The translations under genes were made by a program, and so were the position numbers. DNA of 63,777 nucleotides, the filler included, from Octopus bimaculoides (Eukaryota): NCBI RefSeq assembly GCF_001194135.2. It is 4 parts of 4 records of this genome, joined end to end, with 100 filler letters (N's around TTAATTAATTAA, not from the genome) between each part and the next. Parts side by side here need not be neighbours in the genome. Positions count along the whole stretch, not along the records: positions 31,052 to 61,177 come from NC_069005.1; 3 more parts are not named here. One strand, 5' to 3'. Under the pieces are notes generated by a model, which had not been told where the DNA came from, did not search any database, and saw only the letters and a program-made list of their open reading frames with translations. Below, piece by piece: positions 37,401 to 51,107 of this stretch; within the stretch, counting starts at the first letter, position 1, and each line of letters begins with the position of its first letter.

Positions 37401-40400
37401 GATCCAAGGACTATATTGCTCCGGTGTCTGCTTTGGCAATGTTTCTAAGGTCAGATGCCCTTCTTAATGCCAGCTATTTTACCGCAAGGGCCAGTAGCTT
37501 TGTTTTTTTGTTTGTGTGTGTGTGTGTGTGTGTGTATGGAACCAGCACCGTTGAGGCCACCAGGAGCTCACATAACTATGAACTTCATGGAAGGTAGGGG
37601 TCAGCTTTATGCAAGGGGGTCCCCATGAGATGGGGAGGGGTGATCAGAATAGGTTCTCCCACATGGCTACTTACATTTAGTGGGAGAGGAAGAAAGAAAG
37701 AAAAAAAAAGAGAAATGAGAAGTTAAATACATAATGATAGCAGCATCGTGAAATGAAGGATGCAGTGATGCGGTTCTTATTGGATCAACCACGAAAGCTT
37801 TAAATTGACCCTCGATGTGATTTGAACCAACGATGCAGTCACAACCATTTTAACAGTATGTTTGACTCGCGACCAAATGGTTACAGGTTCGATCCGACTG
37901 CACGACATCTTAGAATGCTAAGAATACTTTGCAAATGTAGCATGAAATGCTTTGGCCCTCCACGAAATATCAAAAGTAGAGAGATACTTACTCAGTAATG
38001 CCGTTGTTTACCTCAACCCCGGCTTGTCTTAGTGCTTCGTTTGCTATCTTCATTTCGAGTTGCTTCCGTTCACGAAGTCTTTCTTCTACACTACGCTTGT
38101 ATCTGGAAAAGAAGAGCAATAAAATGTCACCAGGTCCACCTACACAGTCTACAGATGAGTTTTAAAAAGAAAGGAAAGGTATGATGATACACTAAGCCTT
38201 TTTGTACCAACCCACCGAGACCACCACTGGCTGACAATATGTGCATCCCTGATCATGAGCAGGAGTAGTGGGGGAGCATCATAGCCATGTGCTGAGAGGG
38301 ACACTTTTGGGGTTTGAATAAATGTAACGAAAGCAAAGTCTGAAGGAGATCTTGGCCATTTTTCATACTTTCTAGGGGTCAACAAATAGGAAATAACAGT
38401 CACTACACAAGAGCAAAAATTTTGTTATACAGTGTTATTAACTCAATTACAAGATCCATGATCCAACAGACATGGACAACGGCAACAATAATAACAGCAT
38501 CAAAAAGAAAATTATAAACAACAAAGTAGTTATCTGATAATCACCATACCAACCAGACTAGCTGATGTCGTTATACACCACTGGTTACAATGGACACCTC
38601 ACGTAGTTTTCAATGCCACTCCACTGGCACGGCATATACACCTCATCATCATCATTTAACGTCCGCTTTCCATGCTAGCATGGGTTGGACAATTTGACTG
38701 AGGACTGGCAAGCCAGAAGGCTGCACCAGGCTCCAATCTGATCTGGCAGGGTTTTTACAGTTGGATGCCCTTCCTAACGCCAACCACTCCGAGAGTGTAG
38801 TGGGTGCTTTTACGTGCCACCGGCACAAGGGCCAGTCGCACAGTACTGGCAACGGCCACGCTCACGTACAAGTGACTGAGACCACGACATTTCCCTTGAA
38901 CGGGAAGCCAGTCCGTCACAAGGTTACTCATTTACAGCTGAGTGTAATGGAAAAAAAAAAAACATGAAATGGAAGTGCTCTGCTCAAGAATACAACACAC
39001 TTCCTGGTCTGGGAATCAGAACCACAATCTTGTAATCTGGTGTGCATCACCCCAACCACTAGGCCATGCACCTCCACTGTATGAAATTATATTAACCCCT
39101 TAGCACTTAAACCTGCCTAGTTTACCTGTTCTATATTCAATATAGCTAGATCCTGCCTCTCACACGTACCCTACAATGTCATTCTGAAAATAACCAATCA
39201 CATCATTGAAATCTCAAAGCTATGAGATAACACACAATTAATTCAAAACAATGTGAATAAATAAGCATTACATTTGATAGGGTAATCTAAAGTTAATCTA
39301 ACCATGTCTGGCCCAAATTTTCTACCTGTTTTATGTTTAAACTGACCAGATCTCGCTCCTTGCACTTACCTTACAATGTTGTTCTAAAAGTAAACAAGCA
39401 CATTGAAATCTCAAAGCTACGAGATAATGCATGATTAATTCAAAACAATGTGAATAAACGAGCCTTACATTTGACAGAGTAATCTGGATAATGAAGGGTT
39501 AAATAACATAAAATGTATAACGAGCATCTACATCACTGAAGACTGCTAAACTGGTCATAAACTGGTCATATCTGGTCCAAATATTCTACTTGTTTCCTGT
39601 TCAAACTAGCCAGATCCTGTCTCTCACACCTATCCCAAAAATATACACTCATACAATTGAAATTTCAAAACAATTTGAATAAATAAGCATCACATTTAAT
39701 AGAGTAATCTGTGTGCTGAAGGGTTAGCTTAAAAAAGACAGAGTAATATGTGGTTATACTGGTGGTGACCGCTTACCTTGCAGTAGCTTCTTCTCGTTCT
39801 CTCCTCAACTCTGACCACTGTAACTGTTTTAAATCCATCTTCAACTGTCGTAATCTCTCAAAGTTGTCCTCAACCAAATCCCGGGAAGCTGCATAGGTGA
39901 GAAACTGGTGCACAAGCGTCGACAAAGTCTTCAACTTGCTCTCTGATGAATATAAATAGACATTTTTTTTTCAAATGCAACGTCAACAAAGTTGTGCAGG
40001 AGTGTCCGTGTGGTAAGAAGCTTGCTTCCCAACCACATGGCTCCAGGTTCAGTCCCACTGCATGGCACCTTGAGCAAGTGTCTTCTATTATAGCCCAGAG
40101 CCAACCAAAGTCTTGTAAGTGGATTAGGTAGACAGAAACTGAAAGAAGCCCGTTATGTGTGTATGTGTGTATTTGTGTGCCTGTTTGCCCCACCACCATC
40201 ACTTGATACCAATGTTGGTGAGTTTATGTCCCTGTAACTTAATGGTTCAGCAAAAGAGACCGATAGAATGAGACCGATAGAATAAGTACTAGGCTTACAA
40301 AGAATAAGTCCTTGGGTCGATTTGTTCGACTAAAGGTGGTGGTGCACCAGCATGGCCGCAGTCAAATGACTGAAACAAGTAAAAGAATAAAAGTAAAATC

Positions 40401-43400
40401 CCAATATTTTACTCGTTAGTAAGGTGGAACATTGGTAGAATCATCAGCACACCTGGCAAGATGCTTAGCTGCATTTCATCCGACGTTACGTTCCAAGTTC
40501 AAATTCCACCGAGGCCGACTTTGCATTTCGTCCTTTTGGGGCCGACAAAATAAGTACAAACTAAACTCTGGGGTCAATGCAATTGGTTTGCCCACCCCCA
40601 CCAATCCCCAAAAATAACTGGCCTTGTGTCGAAAATTTGAAATCAATATTTTGCTCGGTAGTCCTTATAAGGCAGCCCCGAAAGAACACAGCCCTTAGGC
40701 AGGAATATCAACTCCCACTACAGATATCACTACATATAGGGGTTGATGTTCTATCAAATAGCTATATCAGGTTCATTCGCGACAACAATGGTTCTTACAC
40801 TGGATAAACATGAACACACACCAACACGGTCACACATGGTTGTGAAGTAAACTCCCTAAACCCCTATACAATAGAAATTAGTTTAATATAAATAAGACAA
40901 TCACACTCAATACAGTCGGTAATTAGACTGGCCACATCAGGCCCTAATATTTTGAGTTTTACACGCCAGACCCAGCCTCCGATACCTATGCTACAATATC
41001 ATTCTACAAATAAATCTCAAAGCCATGAGATAATGCAGGATTAATAAGCATTACATTTGACAGAGTAATCTGAATGCTAAAAGGTTTAAGATCTCATGGC
41101 CAGTGTATTTCATGGAGCTATGGTTGCATGATGGGCAAAACCCTTTTTAAATAACTTCCAGCTTCTCACACAGCAAGGGAAGGATATGTAAAACAGGTGG
41201 CCTGAATGACTATAGAGTGCGGCCATAGAAGAATTACATGAAACTGAATGCAGCCACAAATAGAGAAATCTCAAATAGTGTGTGTGTGTGTGTGAATACC
41301 TTAGCACTTTAGCATTCAAGCTGGTCACATCACACTCAAATACTCTGCCTGTTTTGTGTTCAAACTGACCAGTTCCAGTTTGTCACACCTACGCTACAAT
41401 GTCATTCTAAAAATAAACAACCACATTATTGATACTCCAAAGCTATGAGATAATGCAGGGTTAATTCAAAACAATGTGAATAAATAAGCATTGCATTTGA
41501 CAGAGTTACCTGAACGCTTAAAGGGTCATAAGTTATAAATAACGAAAAATAGTTTCGTTATCTGATAAAGGTTGATGAGTAGCAAACTATGGTTAACTAT
41601 ATCCCTTGATAATGGTGGTGCCCCAACATGGCCATAAACCAATGAAATAACTCTGAAAATCAGACACAGAGTTGCCTTATAATGAAATATGGAGTGGTCA
41701 TGGCCAGATCCTAGATTTAACAGCAAATTGTTATAAACTATGTTAGGGACAGGGGACAAGAGGAGATAATAGTAAGAATTGAATTCTATAACTTATAGAG
41801 AGGTCACAGATTTTAGGGAAAGGGTTATGTGAACCTCCATCCCTTGCCGCAAAGTACTTGAGTGGAATTTAGGCACAGGGTCACAATTTGTAAGGGCCAA
41901 AGATGAAAGTGACACTCAAATTAACTCCAGTAATTGATGGCCATTTTATTTAACTGAAGCTAGAAGTATGAGAGGCAAATTTTAACCAAGATTGCATAAA
42001 AGGGCTTGATATATAAGGTATTTGTCCAGCAAAGTACAGATTCTGCTAAACCAAAGGCTATGTAGGTCTAAAGAAAAGGGATTCTGCAGGCCAAGTTGAA
42101 GGGGTTATGCAGGCTGAGAAAAAGGGACTATGTAGGCCAAGAGGAAAGGGTTTTGTAGACCAAGAAGAAGGTGCTAATGTCAGCTGAGAGAAAAAGGCTA
42201 TATAGGCTGAGAGAAAAGGACTACATGGGCCAAGAGAAAGGGACCATGCAGGTAGGCCGAAAGAAAGGGGCTGACCGATATGAGCTTACCTGGTGGCATA
42301 TCAAATATGTTGTCTTCGCTGAGACTTTTCATAAGTTCAGGAAGTTCTTTGCAAAGGTGAATACCAGCATCATCCATTGCTGTGTAACCACCTCTTTGTT
42401 GGTACCGGAATTTGACATTGTTTGCATTCGCTTTGGCAGCTGACGATATTAAATGTAAGCGCAAAATCTCAGTCAAAGTAAAACTGTCCAACTGCAAGTT
42501 CCTCAAAGGGGTTCCTAGAAGGAAAAAAAAACCAACAAAACATTTGCATTAGATTACTAATAATAATAATAAATTTTGGTCAAGAATGGCTGTAAGACAA
42601 GAAGCTTGCTTCACAACCATGTCTGAGTCTTGTTCCACTGTGTGGCACCTTCCACCACCATCTTCCACTGTATCCCAGGGCCAACCAAAACCTTGTCAGT
42701 AGATTTGGTAGACAGAAACTGAAAGAAGCCAGTCATATATATATGTATGTATGTGTGTGTGTGTCCCCCACTACCACTGAGTGTTGGTTTGTTTACATCT
42801 TCATACCTTAGTAGTTGGGCAAAGAGGGAATAAGTACACAGGTCATACATTCAAATTTTGGTACAGCAATGGCTGTGAAGATGCAGACGTGGCTGTGAGA
42901 TAAGCTTGCTTCCAAAGCACATGGCTTTGGGTTCCGTTCCACTGCACTGCACTTTGGGCCAGTTTCTTCCACCATAGCCCAGAGCCAACCAAAGCCTTGC
43001 AGATGGATTTTGACAGAAACTGAAAGAAGTCAGTCATGTGTGTGTGTGAGAGAGAGTGTCCCACCACCACTTAACCAGTGTTGGTTTGTTTACATCCCCA
43101 TAACTTAGCAGTTGGGCAAACGGAAATTGAAAGAATAAGTTCAAGGCTTGAAAATAAGCACTATGGTTGATTTGTTTAACTTAACCCTTCAAGGCAGTGT
43201 CACAGCATGGCCACAGTCCAAAGACTGAAGCAAGTAAAAGATAAAAGATAAGATTCTCTGACTGGATGCCCTTCCTGTTGCATAGGGTTGTGTCAACATG
43301 TGCAAGAAGCCTAATAAACCACTATGTTCAAAACACTTTGTGATATTTGTTCTGCCCAGGTTGAAGAGTTACTCCCTTTTCAATCTCACCACTGAAAATA

Positions 43401-46400
43401 TTGTGAACTAGTGACTGGCCCTTTGATCAATGATGGTAATGTGTGAAATGTGAAATCAATAAAGATTTCTACAAAGACAACCGAAGACAAGATGGTTCCA
43501 GTAGAGTCAAAGATAAAAAAAAAAAGAAAGAAAAAAGAAAAAAAGCATCAGGATGAAATAAATGTTAATAAAATGCCTACCATGGGTTAACATAGGGTAC
43601 TGTGCCATAATTGCAGAATTCTTTAATAAATTAGCCATTGTTGAACGATCTGAATAACACATTTCTTCACTGAAATCTACAAAAGAAAACAAATTATTTT
43701 AAGGGGTTTTATGTACAAACTGGCCCTACAAGATCATACTAAAAATAAACAACCACATCATCAAGGTCTTAAAACTACAAGATAATGCAGGATTAATTGA
43801 AAATAATTGGAATAAATATTACATTTGAAAGGGTAATCTGAATGCTAAAGGGTTTAACACCCCATATCTGTCATCATCATCATCGTTCATCGTTTAACGT
43901 CCGCTTTCCATGCTAGCATGGGTTGGACGATTTGACTGAGGACTGGTGAACCAGATGGCTACACCAGGCTCCAATCTGATTTGGCAGAGTGGAGCCTGGT
44001 GTAGCCTAGTCCAAATATTCTACCCATTTTATGTTCATTGTAGGGTAGGTGTGAGAGGTCAGATCTGTTCTCTCACACCTACCCTACAATGTCCTTCTAA
44101 AAATAAATGAGATAATACACGATTAATTCAATACAATGAGAATAAACAAACATCGCATTTGAGAGAGTAATGTGAAAGCTAAAGAGTTAAGGACCAAATT
44201 CTACCCTAACAAAGGAATGGTAACAGCTCTGAATAACGGCTCTTTTATAGTTAATGGTTCTGGAGTTCTTCCCCAAACTTTGATGCTTATGTCTTGTACC
44301 ATTCTATTGAAATTTTAGCTGTTAATTTATAATTTATTCATATTTTCAGGGTTAATTCTTGTCACAGCATTGCATCAAGGCATGATACATCCCCAATTAG
44401 ACAGTAATAGAATAACCCGACACTCCCCCCCATATTAGTAATAGAATCACCTGACACTCCCTCTGTATTAATAACAGAATAAACCTGACACTCCCCTATA
44501 TTATGGGGATAGGGGATTTACAGCAATGTCAGATGTGTAGGTAACTAAGCATTCCACACTACTTACCAGGTATGTTAGTCTTTCCTTTACTTAAATCAGG
44601 GTCTTCTTCCTCTTCCTCAGACTCTTGCAGATAAAAAATGGCAACCAGCAACATAAGTAGGAGATCGGTGAGTGGCCCATTCACATCATTATCCAGTAAA
44701 GCTTCCTCCAAAACCTCTGAAAAATTCACACGAAAACAAAAAATAAAAAATGAATCAATAGAATAAAACAGGGACATAAACTGAACCCTTTTGTGACCCT
44801 AGTACCAATTCCTAAAATAAGAATACACTTTGGGTTTCAGGTAATTTCCAAAATAATCAAAAAACTCAGCATGGGGGGAAGGGTAATAAATTCATCATCA
44901 TTATTTAGCATCCATTTTCCATGCTAGCATGGGTAAGATGGTTTCAGTGGGACTGGTAAACCAGAGAGCTGCACCAGGCTCCCAGACTGTTTTGGCTTGG
45001 TTTCTACAGCTAGATGCCCTTCCTAATGTCCATCATTCCATAGAATATACTGGGTCTCTTTAAAAATCACCAGTACAAATACCTTCTATGTGTCACCGTC
45101 ACGGGTGACCTTTCATGCGTCACCAGCACGGGTGGCCTTTCATGCGTCACCAGCACAGGTGGCCTTTCATGCATCACAGGTGCAAGTGGCTTTTCATGCA
45201 TCACTGACGCAGGTGCCTTTCATGCATCACTGACGCAGGTGCCTCTCATGCATCACTGACGCAGGTGATCTTTCATGTGTCACCTGTGCGGGTGGCCTTT
45301 CACACATCACTGGCACCAGTCACCTTTCACGCATCACCAGTACCAATTGTCTTTCACGCACCACTGGCACCAGTCGCTTTTCATGCATCACCGACACACA
45401 TGCCCCTCACATGTCAAGTTTTTTATATTCAGATGAGCCAATGCTTTACCCGTTGGCAATAGAAATAGAAGCCCGGGGCTAGAGTAGAAGACACTTGCCC
45501 AAGGTGAGACTAAACCCAGAACCTTGCGGTTGGGAAGCAAACTTCTTACCATACATCTATGCCTGCACTTAGATGTATAAAAGCAATAGAATGTGTTTCT
45601 GGACACAACACTATACTCCACTGTCTCAGCAGACGTTTAATATCAGGTTTATGACCAGGGATTCTGGCCAATGTGATACCTGTTATAGACCAGGTTCTTG
45701 CCCCTAAAAGGAATTTTCCTCTTGCATGCTTAATACTACAGGAACTTGGGGGAAAGGACTGAATAAACACCTGGTGAACAGTGAGTTCACCAGGTGTTTA
45801 TTGGTGAACATAAACACCAATATGTTTATGTTCACATAAACATATTGGTTTATGTGAACAGTGAATTGGAGGTGGGGGGGTCTTCATAGTTAAACTTGTT
45901 CCTGACACCCACCCGTGCAAACGTGGGAGAGCAAACATAAAATGATGGTAATTTCACTTAGGCAAATATCTTTACCAAAAACCGAAGACGGAATGCAAGC
46001 AGGTGAGTAGGTAGGGAAAACAAGATTTTAATGATTGTGTGACTTACCTAAGGTCATTCCGGAAGGGAAATATTCATTTAAATCAAACAAACTTTGGAAT
46101 GTATGGATAAATTCTAGCACCATCAATGCATCACCAAACAGTTCTTGTGGTAGTCTTGTTTGTACAGGTAAGAGCTCTGGTAACGACTAAAAAAAAAAAA
46201 GGTAATAATTGATCAGATTCAATGAAAGCAAAGAAAAACAGAGTCAGGTAGTACAATTAAAGCCAGGGAACTTGCTAACTATTGTCCTTTTGTTGATGTT
46301 TGGGTCCAGGTGGTCAAATTTAATCCACCAAACATGTGATCAGAAGATTATTGGCCCAAGGACCATCATGATTTTTTTTTTTCTTTTTTCAATTATACAG

Positions 46401-49400
46401 ACACATATGTTGTTGTTGTTGTTGGCACTCCGTCGCTTACGACATCGAGGGTTCCAGTTGATCTGATCAACGGAACAGCCTGCTCGTGAAATTAAAGTGC
46501 AAGTGGCTGAGCACTCCACAGACACGTGTACCCTTAACGTAGTTCTCGGGGAGATTCAGCGTGACACAGAGTGTGACAAGGCTGACCCTTTGAATTACAG
46601 GCACAACAGAAACAGGAAGTAAGAGTGAGAGAAAGTTGTGGTGAAAGAGTACAGCAGGGTTCGCCGCTATCCCCTGCCGGAGCCTCGTGGAGCTTTTAGG
46701 TGTTTTCGCTCAATAAACACTCACAACGCCCGGTCTGGGAATCGAAACCGTGATCCTATGACTGCGATTCCACTGCCCTAACCACTAGGCCATTGCGCCT
46801 CCTACAGACACATATAATACATCATATACCTTGCAGTATAATAAATGCTAACTATATTATATATTATACAATAGCGGGGAGGAGGGGGGGGGGATATTTA
46901 ACTCGAGAATGGGGGCTAGCAGGTTCCAATAGTAGATCACAGAATTTGTCTCTGCACTGCACACCAGCTTTAAGTTGCTGAGTTTATATTCAAAGACCAT
47001 TATGGAAGAACATTCTTTATAATTATTATGCAACTGAATGCAGCACAACAGCCATCAGTGGACACGGATGCTACATTTATCCTGACGAATCACATGTGGT
47101 ATCAAAAGAGATAGACATCAATATTGTCAAGAAGAAGATTATATTTATTGAATGATACAGATTATAGAGACTCACATACAAGACTTTAAGTTTCTGTCTC
47201 AACAATATGATGACCGTTGCACTTCTTCATTCGTCATGAGTCTGGTGCTCATATATATAGAATTTTATAAACTTATAATTTAATTATAAAACATCAATAA
47301 TTCAGAAATAACTGGAGTTCACTCAGCTGGCAAAAATGAGTAGTACCTGTATTTCAAAGGGCCAAGCTTGTCACATTCTGTGTCACGCTGAATCTCACTG
47401 AAAACCAACTACCTTAAGGGTACACGTGTCTGTGGAGTGCTCAGCCACTTGCACATTAATTTCACAATGGATCAACTAGAACACTCATCGTCGTAACCAA
47501 GTGCCAGTTATAACTGGAGAGTATATAATTATACACACCCTATAACATATAGGACTGACATTTATTAATAATATGGACATGTGGTGAGAATGGATGAGGA
47601 TAGCTGCGTGAAAAAGTGCCACACCCTAACAGTTGAGGGAACCCGTGGAAGAGGTAGGCCCAGGAAGACCTGGGCTGAGGTGGTGAGGCAAGACCTTCGT
47701 ACATTGGGCCTCACCGAGGCAATGACTACTGACCGAGACCTTTGGAAATGTGCTGTGCGTGAGAAGACCCGGCAAGCCAAGTAAGATCGTTGCCAGTGCC
47801 CCTGGACTGGTTCTTGTGCGGGTGGCACATGAGATGCACCATTTTGAGCGTGGCCGTTGCCAGTACCGCCTGACTGGCTCCCGTAGGATTTTCGAGCGAG
47901 ATCGTTGCCAGTGCCCCTGGACTGGCTTNNNNNNNNNNNNNNNNNNNNNNNNNNNNNNNNNNNNNNNNNNNNNNNNNNNNNNNNNNNNNNNNNNNNNNNN
48001 NNNNNNNNNNNNNNNNNNNNNNNNNNNNNNNGTGCGGGTGGCACATAAAAGCACCCACTACACTCTCTGAGTGGTTGGCGTTAGGAAGGGCATCCAGCTG
48101 TAGAAACTCTGCCAAATTAGACTGGAGCCTGGTGTTGCCATCCGGTTTCACCAGTCCTCAGTCAAATCGTCCAACCCATGCTAGCATGGAAAGCGGACGT
48201 TAAACGATGATGATGATGATGATGATGATGATATTAATAATTTAGTTACACAAACCTTGAGATCTTCACATTCCAAATCGTCACGAGGTCGGCTCCATTC
48301 TTTTAAATATTCAGCCTGGATACGTTTCTCTTCTCTTTTCTTATCCCTTTCCTGCCACAAGACAAAAGGGATTTGTTAAAACAAGAGACCAACACAGAAT
48401 CTCAAACGCAGATGCTTACTAACACAACACCAAATACACTTGATGTTGTTACATTAAGTCTTTATGATAAACTTAGTTCGTTTGATGTTGTTTTTTTTTA
48501 ACATCTGCTCTTCCATGCTTGCATGGGTCAGACAGAATTTGTTGAGATAGATTTTTCTATAGTCAGACACCCTTGCTGCCACCGACACTCACATGTTGCC
48601 AATCTTCCATGAAAACATGCCCGGTCATGTTTTCATAGAAGATCAGAAACTACAGATACCACACGACATGACAGTGACACATATTTACAACTATCATCAG
48701 ATGTCAAACCAAGCAGATACAAATACATACATACATTAAAGTAGTATAGTTTGCAGGAAGCACTGTCTGATATAGAAAAAAAATTTTTTTTTTTTTTCTA
48801 AACCAAAACAAAGCAAGTTATGAGAAATAACCCTTTCTACTAAAGGCACAAAGCTTGAACCTTTGGGGGAGGGGTTAGTCAATTATAGCAACCCAAGTGT
48901 ACAACTGGTACTTATTTTATTAACCCTGAAAGCATAAAAGATAAAGTCAACCTCGGCGGAATTTGAGCTCAGAACATAACAAAAGACAAAATGTCACTAA
49001 GCATTTTGTCCGGTGTGCTAACAATTCTGCGAAGTAATAAATTGGGCTTGTACTTTTATCTTGTATTTCAGTATTCCGGGTTTCATGTTTATTACCCCTT
49101 CTTCAGGAAATCTTCAATAAAACGGTGTTGAAGAAGGTGCCTTAAGCCCCAAATATTGAAATACAAGGTAAAAATACAAACCATCGGCTTGCATTATTTC
49201 TTATAACTTGCACTGTCTTGATTTAAAATAAACAAACATATATATTTACACACACACATTACCTGAACTGTGTGTATATACACACACACACACACACACA
49301 CACCAAACATAACACAACCACATCTATAAACACCAAATACAACACTAACAAAAGCAGTCCATCTGAATGGGTAAAAAAAAAACACAAAATCATAAAGAAG

Positions 49401-49811
49401 ACCTTACCCTTTCTCTCTCTAATCTTCTCTTCTCTTTCTCCTCATCAAGTCGTCTCTTTATCTCCTCCCTACGTGCGTTACGTTCAGCAATCTTTTCCTG
49501 TTTCACTCTCTCCTTAAAAGCTTCACGTTCCTCAGGACTCATGCGCATGAATGCCATCTTTTCATCTTCAATCGCCTTCAATTCTGCAAAATGTAAATAA
49601 ACACCATTGCCTTACACACTGGTTTCAGCTATTGGACAGCGGCTATAGGTGCTGGAGTGGCTGTGCGGTAAGTAGCTTGCTTACCCACCACATGGTTCTG
49701 GGTTCAGTCCCACTGCGTGGCACCTTGGGCAAGTGTCTTCTACTGTAAGCCTCAGGCCAACCAAAGCCCTGTGAGTGGATTCAGTAGGCGGAAACTGAAA
49801 GAAGCCCATCA

Positions 49812-49854
<43 letters not shown>

Positions 49855-51072
49855 CATCGTTCATCGTTTAACGTCCGCTTTCCATGCTAGCATGGGTTGG
49901 ACGATTTGACTGAGGACTGGTGAACCAGATGGCTACACCAGGCTCCAATCTGATTTGGCAAAGTTTCTACAGCTGGTTGCCCTTCCTAACGCCAACCACT
50001 CCAAGAGTGTAGTAGGTGCTTTTACGTGCCACCAGCACGAAGGCCAGTCACAGGTGCGATATTTCAGCAAGTGAAGGACCAGTGTGACTAAACTACCCAA
50101 GCCAGGCATCCATGCTACATCACTTGGTCGGGACTTCTAGCATGGAAAAGTTGCATTGGTCCAGGCAAGTCTCTCAAACTACATGAGGACTTAATTTGAA
50201 ATTTATAAAGCAACAAAAGAAAGAAAGAAAGAAAGAAAGAAAAAAAATTCTATTCTTACGTTTGTTTTTATCTGCTAAGTTATTGTTCTTCTTAGCGTCG
50301 TTGCCTCGCATTGTGTAGTCGTTCATACTGTTGTCTGAAGGACTCTGGGACATGACATTTAAATTCGGATTCAAATAGGAGTTCTTCTTCCTCTTGGCTT
50401 GCGACACAGCAAACAAAGGTTTGGGGCCAGCAAAAAAGCTCTCAAAGCGTAACTCTGTCAACTTTAATGATTTTATTATGCTATCCTGAAATTAATAAAA
50501 ATGAAAAACAAAGAGAAACATTAATATTATATTTTTTTCAAGTCTGAAACAAGTAAAAGATCAAAGTGTGTGTGTGTGTGTATATATATAACTCTCCGAA
50601 ACGCTTAGTTTTAGAATGGTGGCAGCTGATGAAGGAAATGTTCTCTATGTGGCCTGGGTGTTTTCTGTGCTCTGTTTATGATGTTTTGTTTCTCATTTTG
50701 CCCACACTTTCTTGTGACATCCTGTACCCAGATATGCATCTATATATACATGTCGATCGTTGCCGGTGCCCCTGGACTGGCTCTTGTGCGGGTGGCACAT
50801 AAAAGACACCATTTCGAGCGTGGCCGTTTTTGTGCGGGTGGCACGTAAAAGCACCCACTACACTCTCTGAGTGGTTGGCATTAGGAAGGGCATCCAGCTG
50901 TAGAAACTCTGCCAAATTAGATTGGAGCCTGGTGTAGCCATCCGGTTGCACCAGTCCTCAGTCAAATCGTCCAACCCATGCTAGCATGGAAAGCGGACGT
51001 TAAACGATGATGATGATGTAGGCATGTACATACATGTACGTATATATGCATATACTCACATATTATTTGTAT

Positions 51073-51107
<35 letters not shown>

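Noticed and set aside
45090-45400. CRISPR-like appearance of the hairpin array
   Set aside because: The units are contiguous without unique spacers, the context is a eukaryotic LINE UTR, and there are no cas genes.
50591-50640. CCGAAACG..CTGATGAAGG, a permuted hammerhead-like order
   Set aside because: There is no convincing helix I or III and no UH cleavage triplet.
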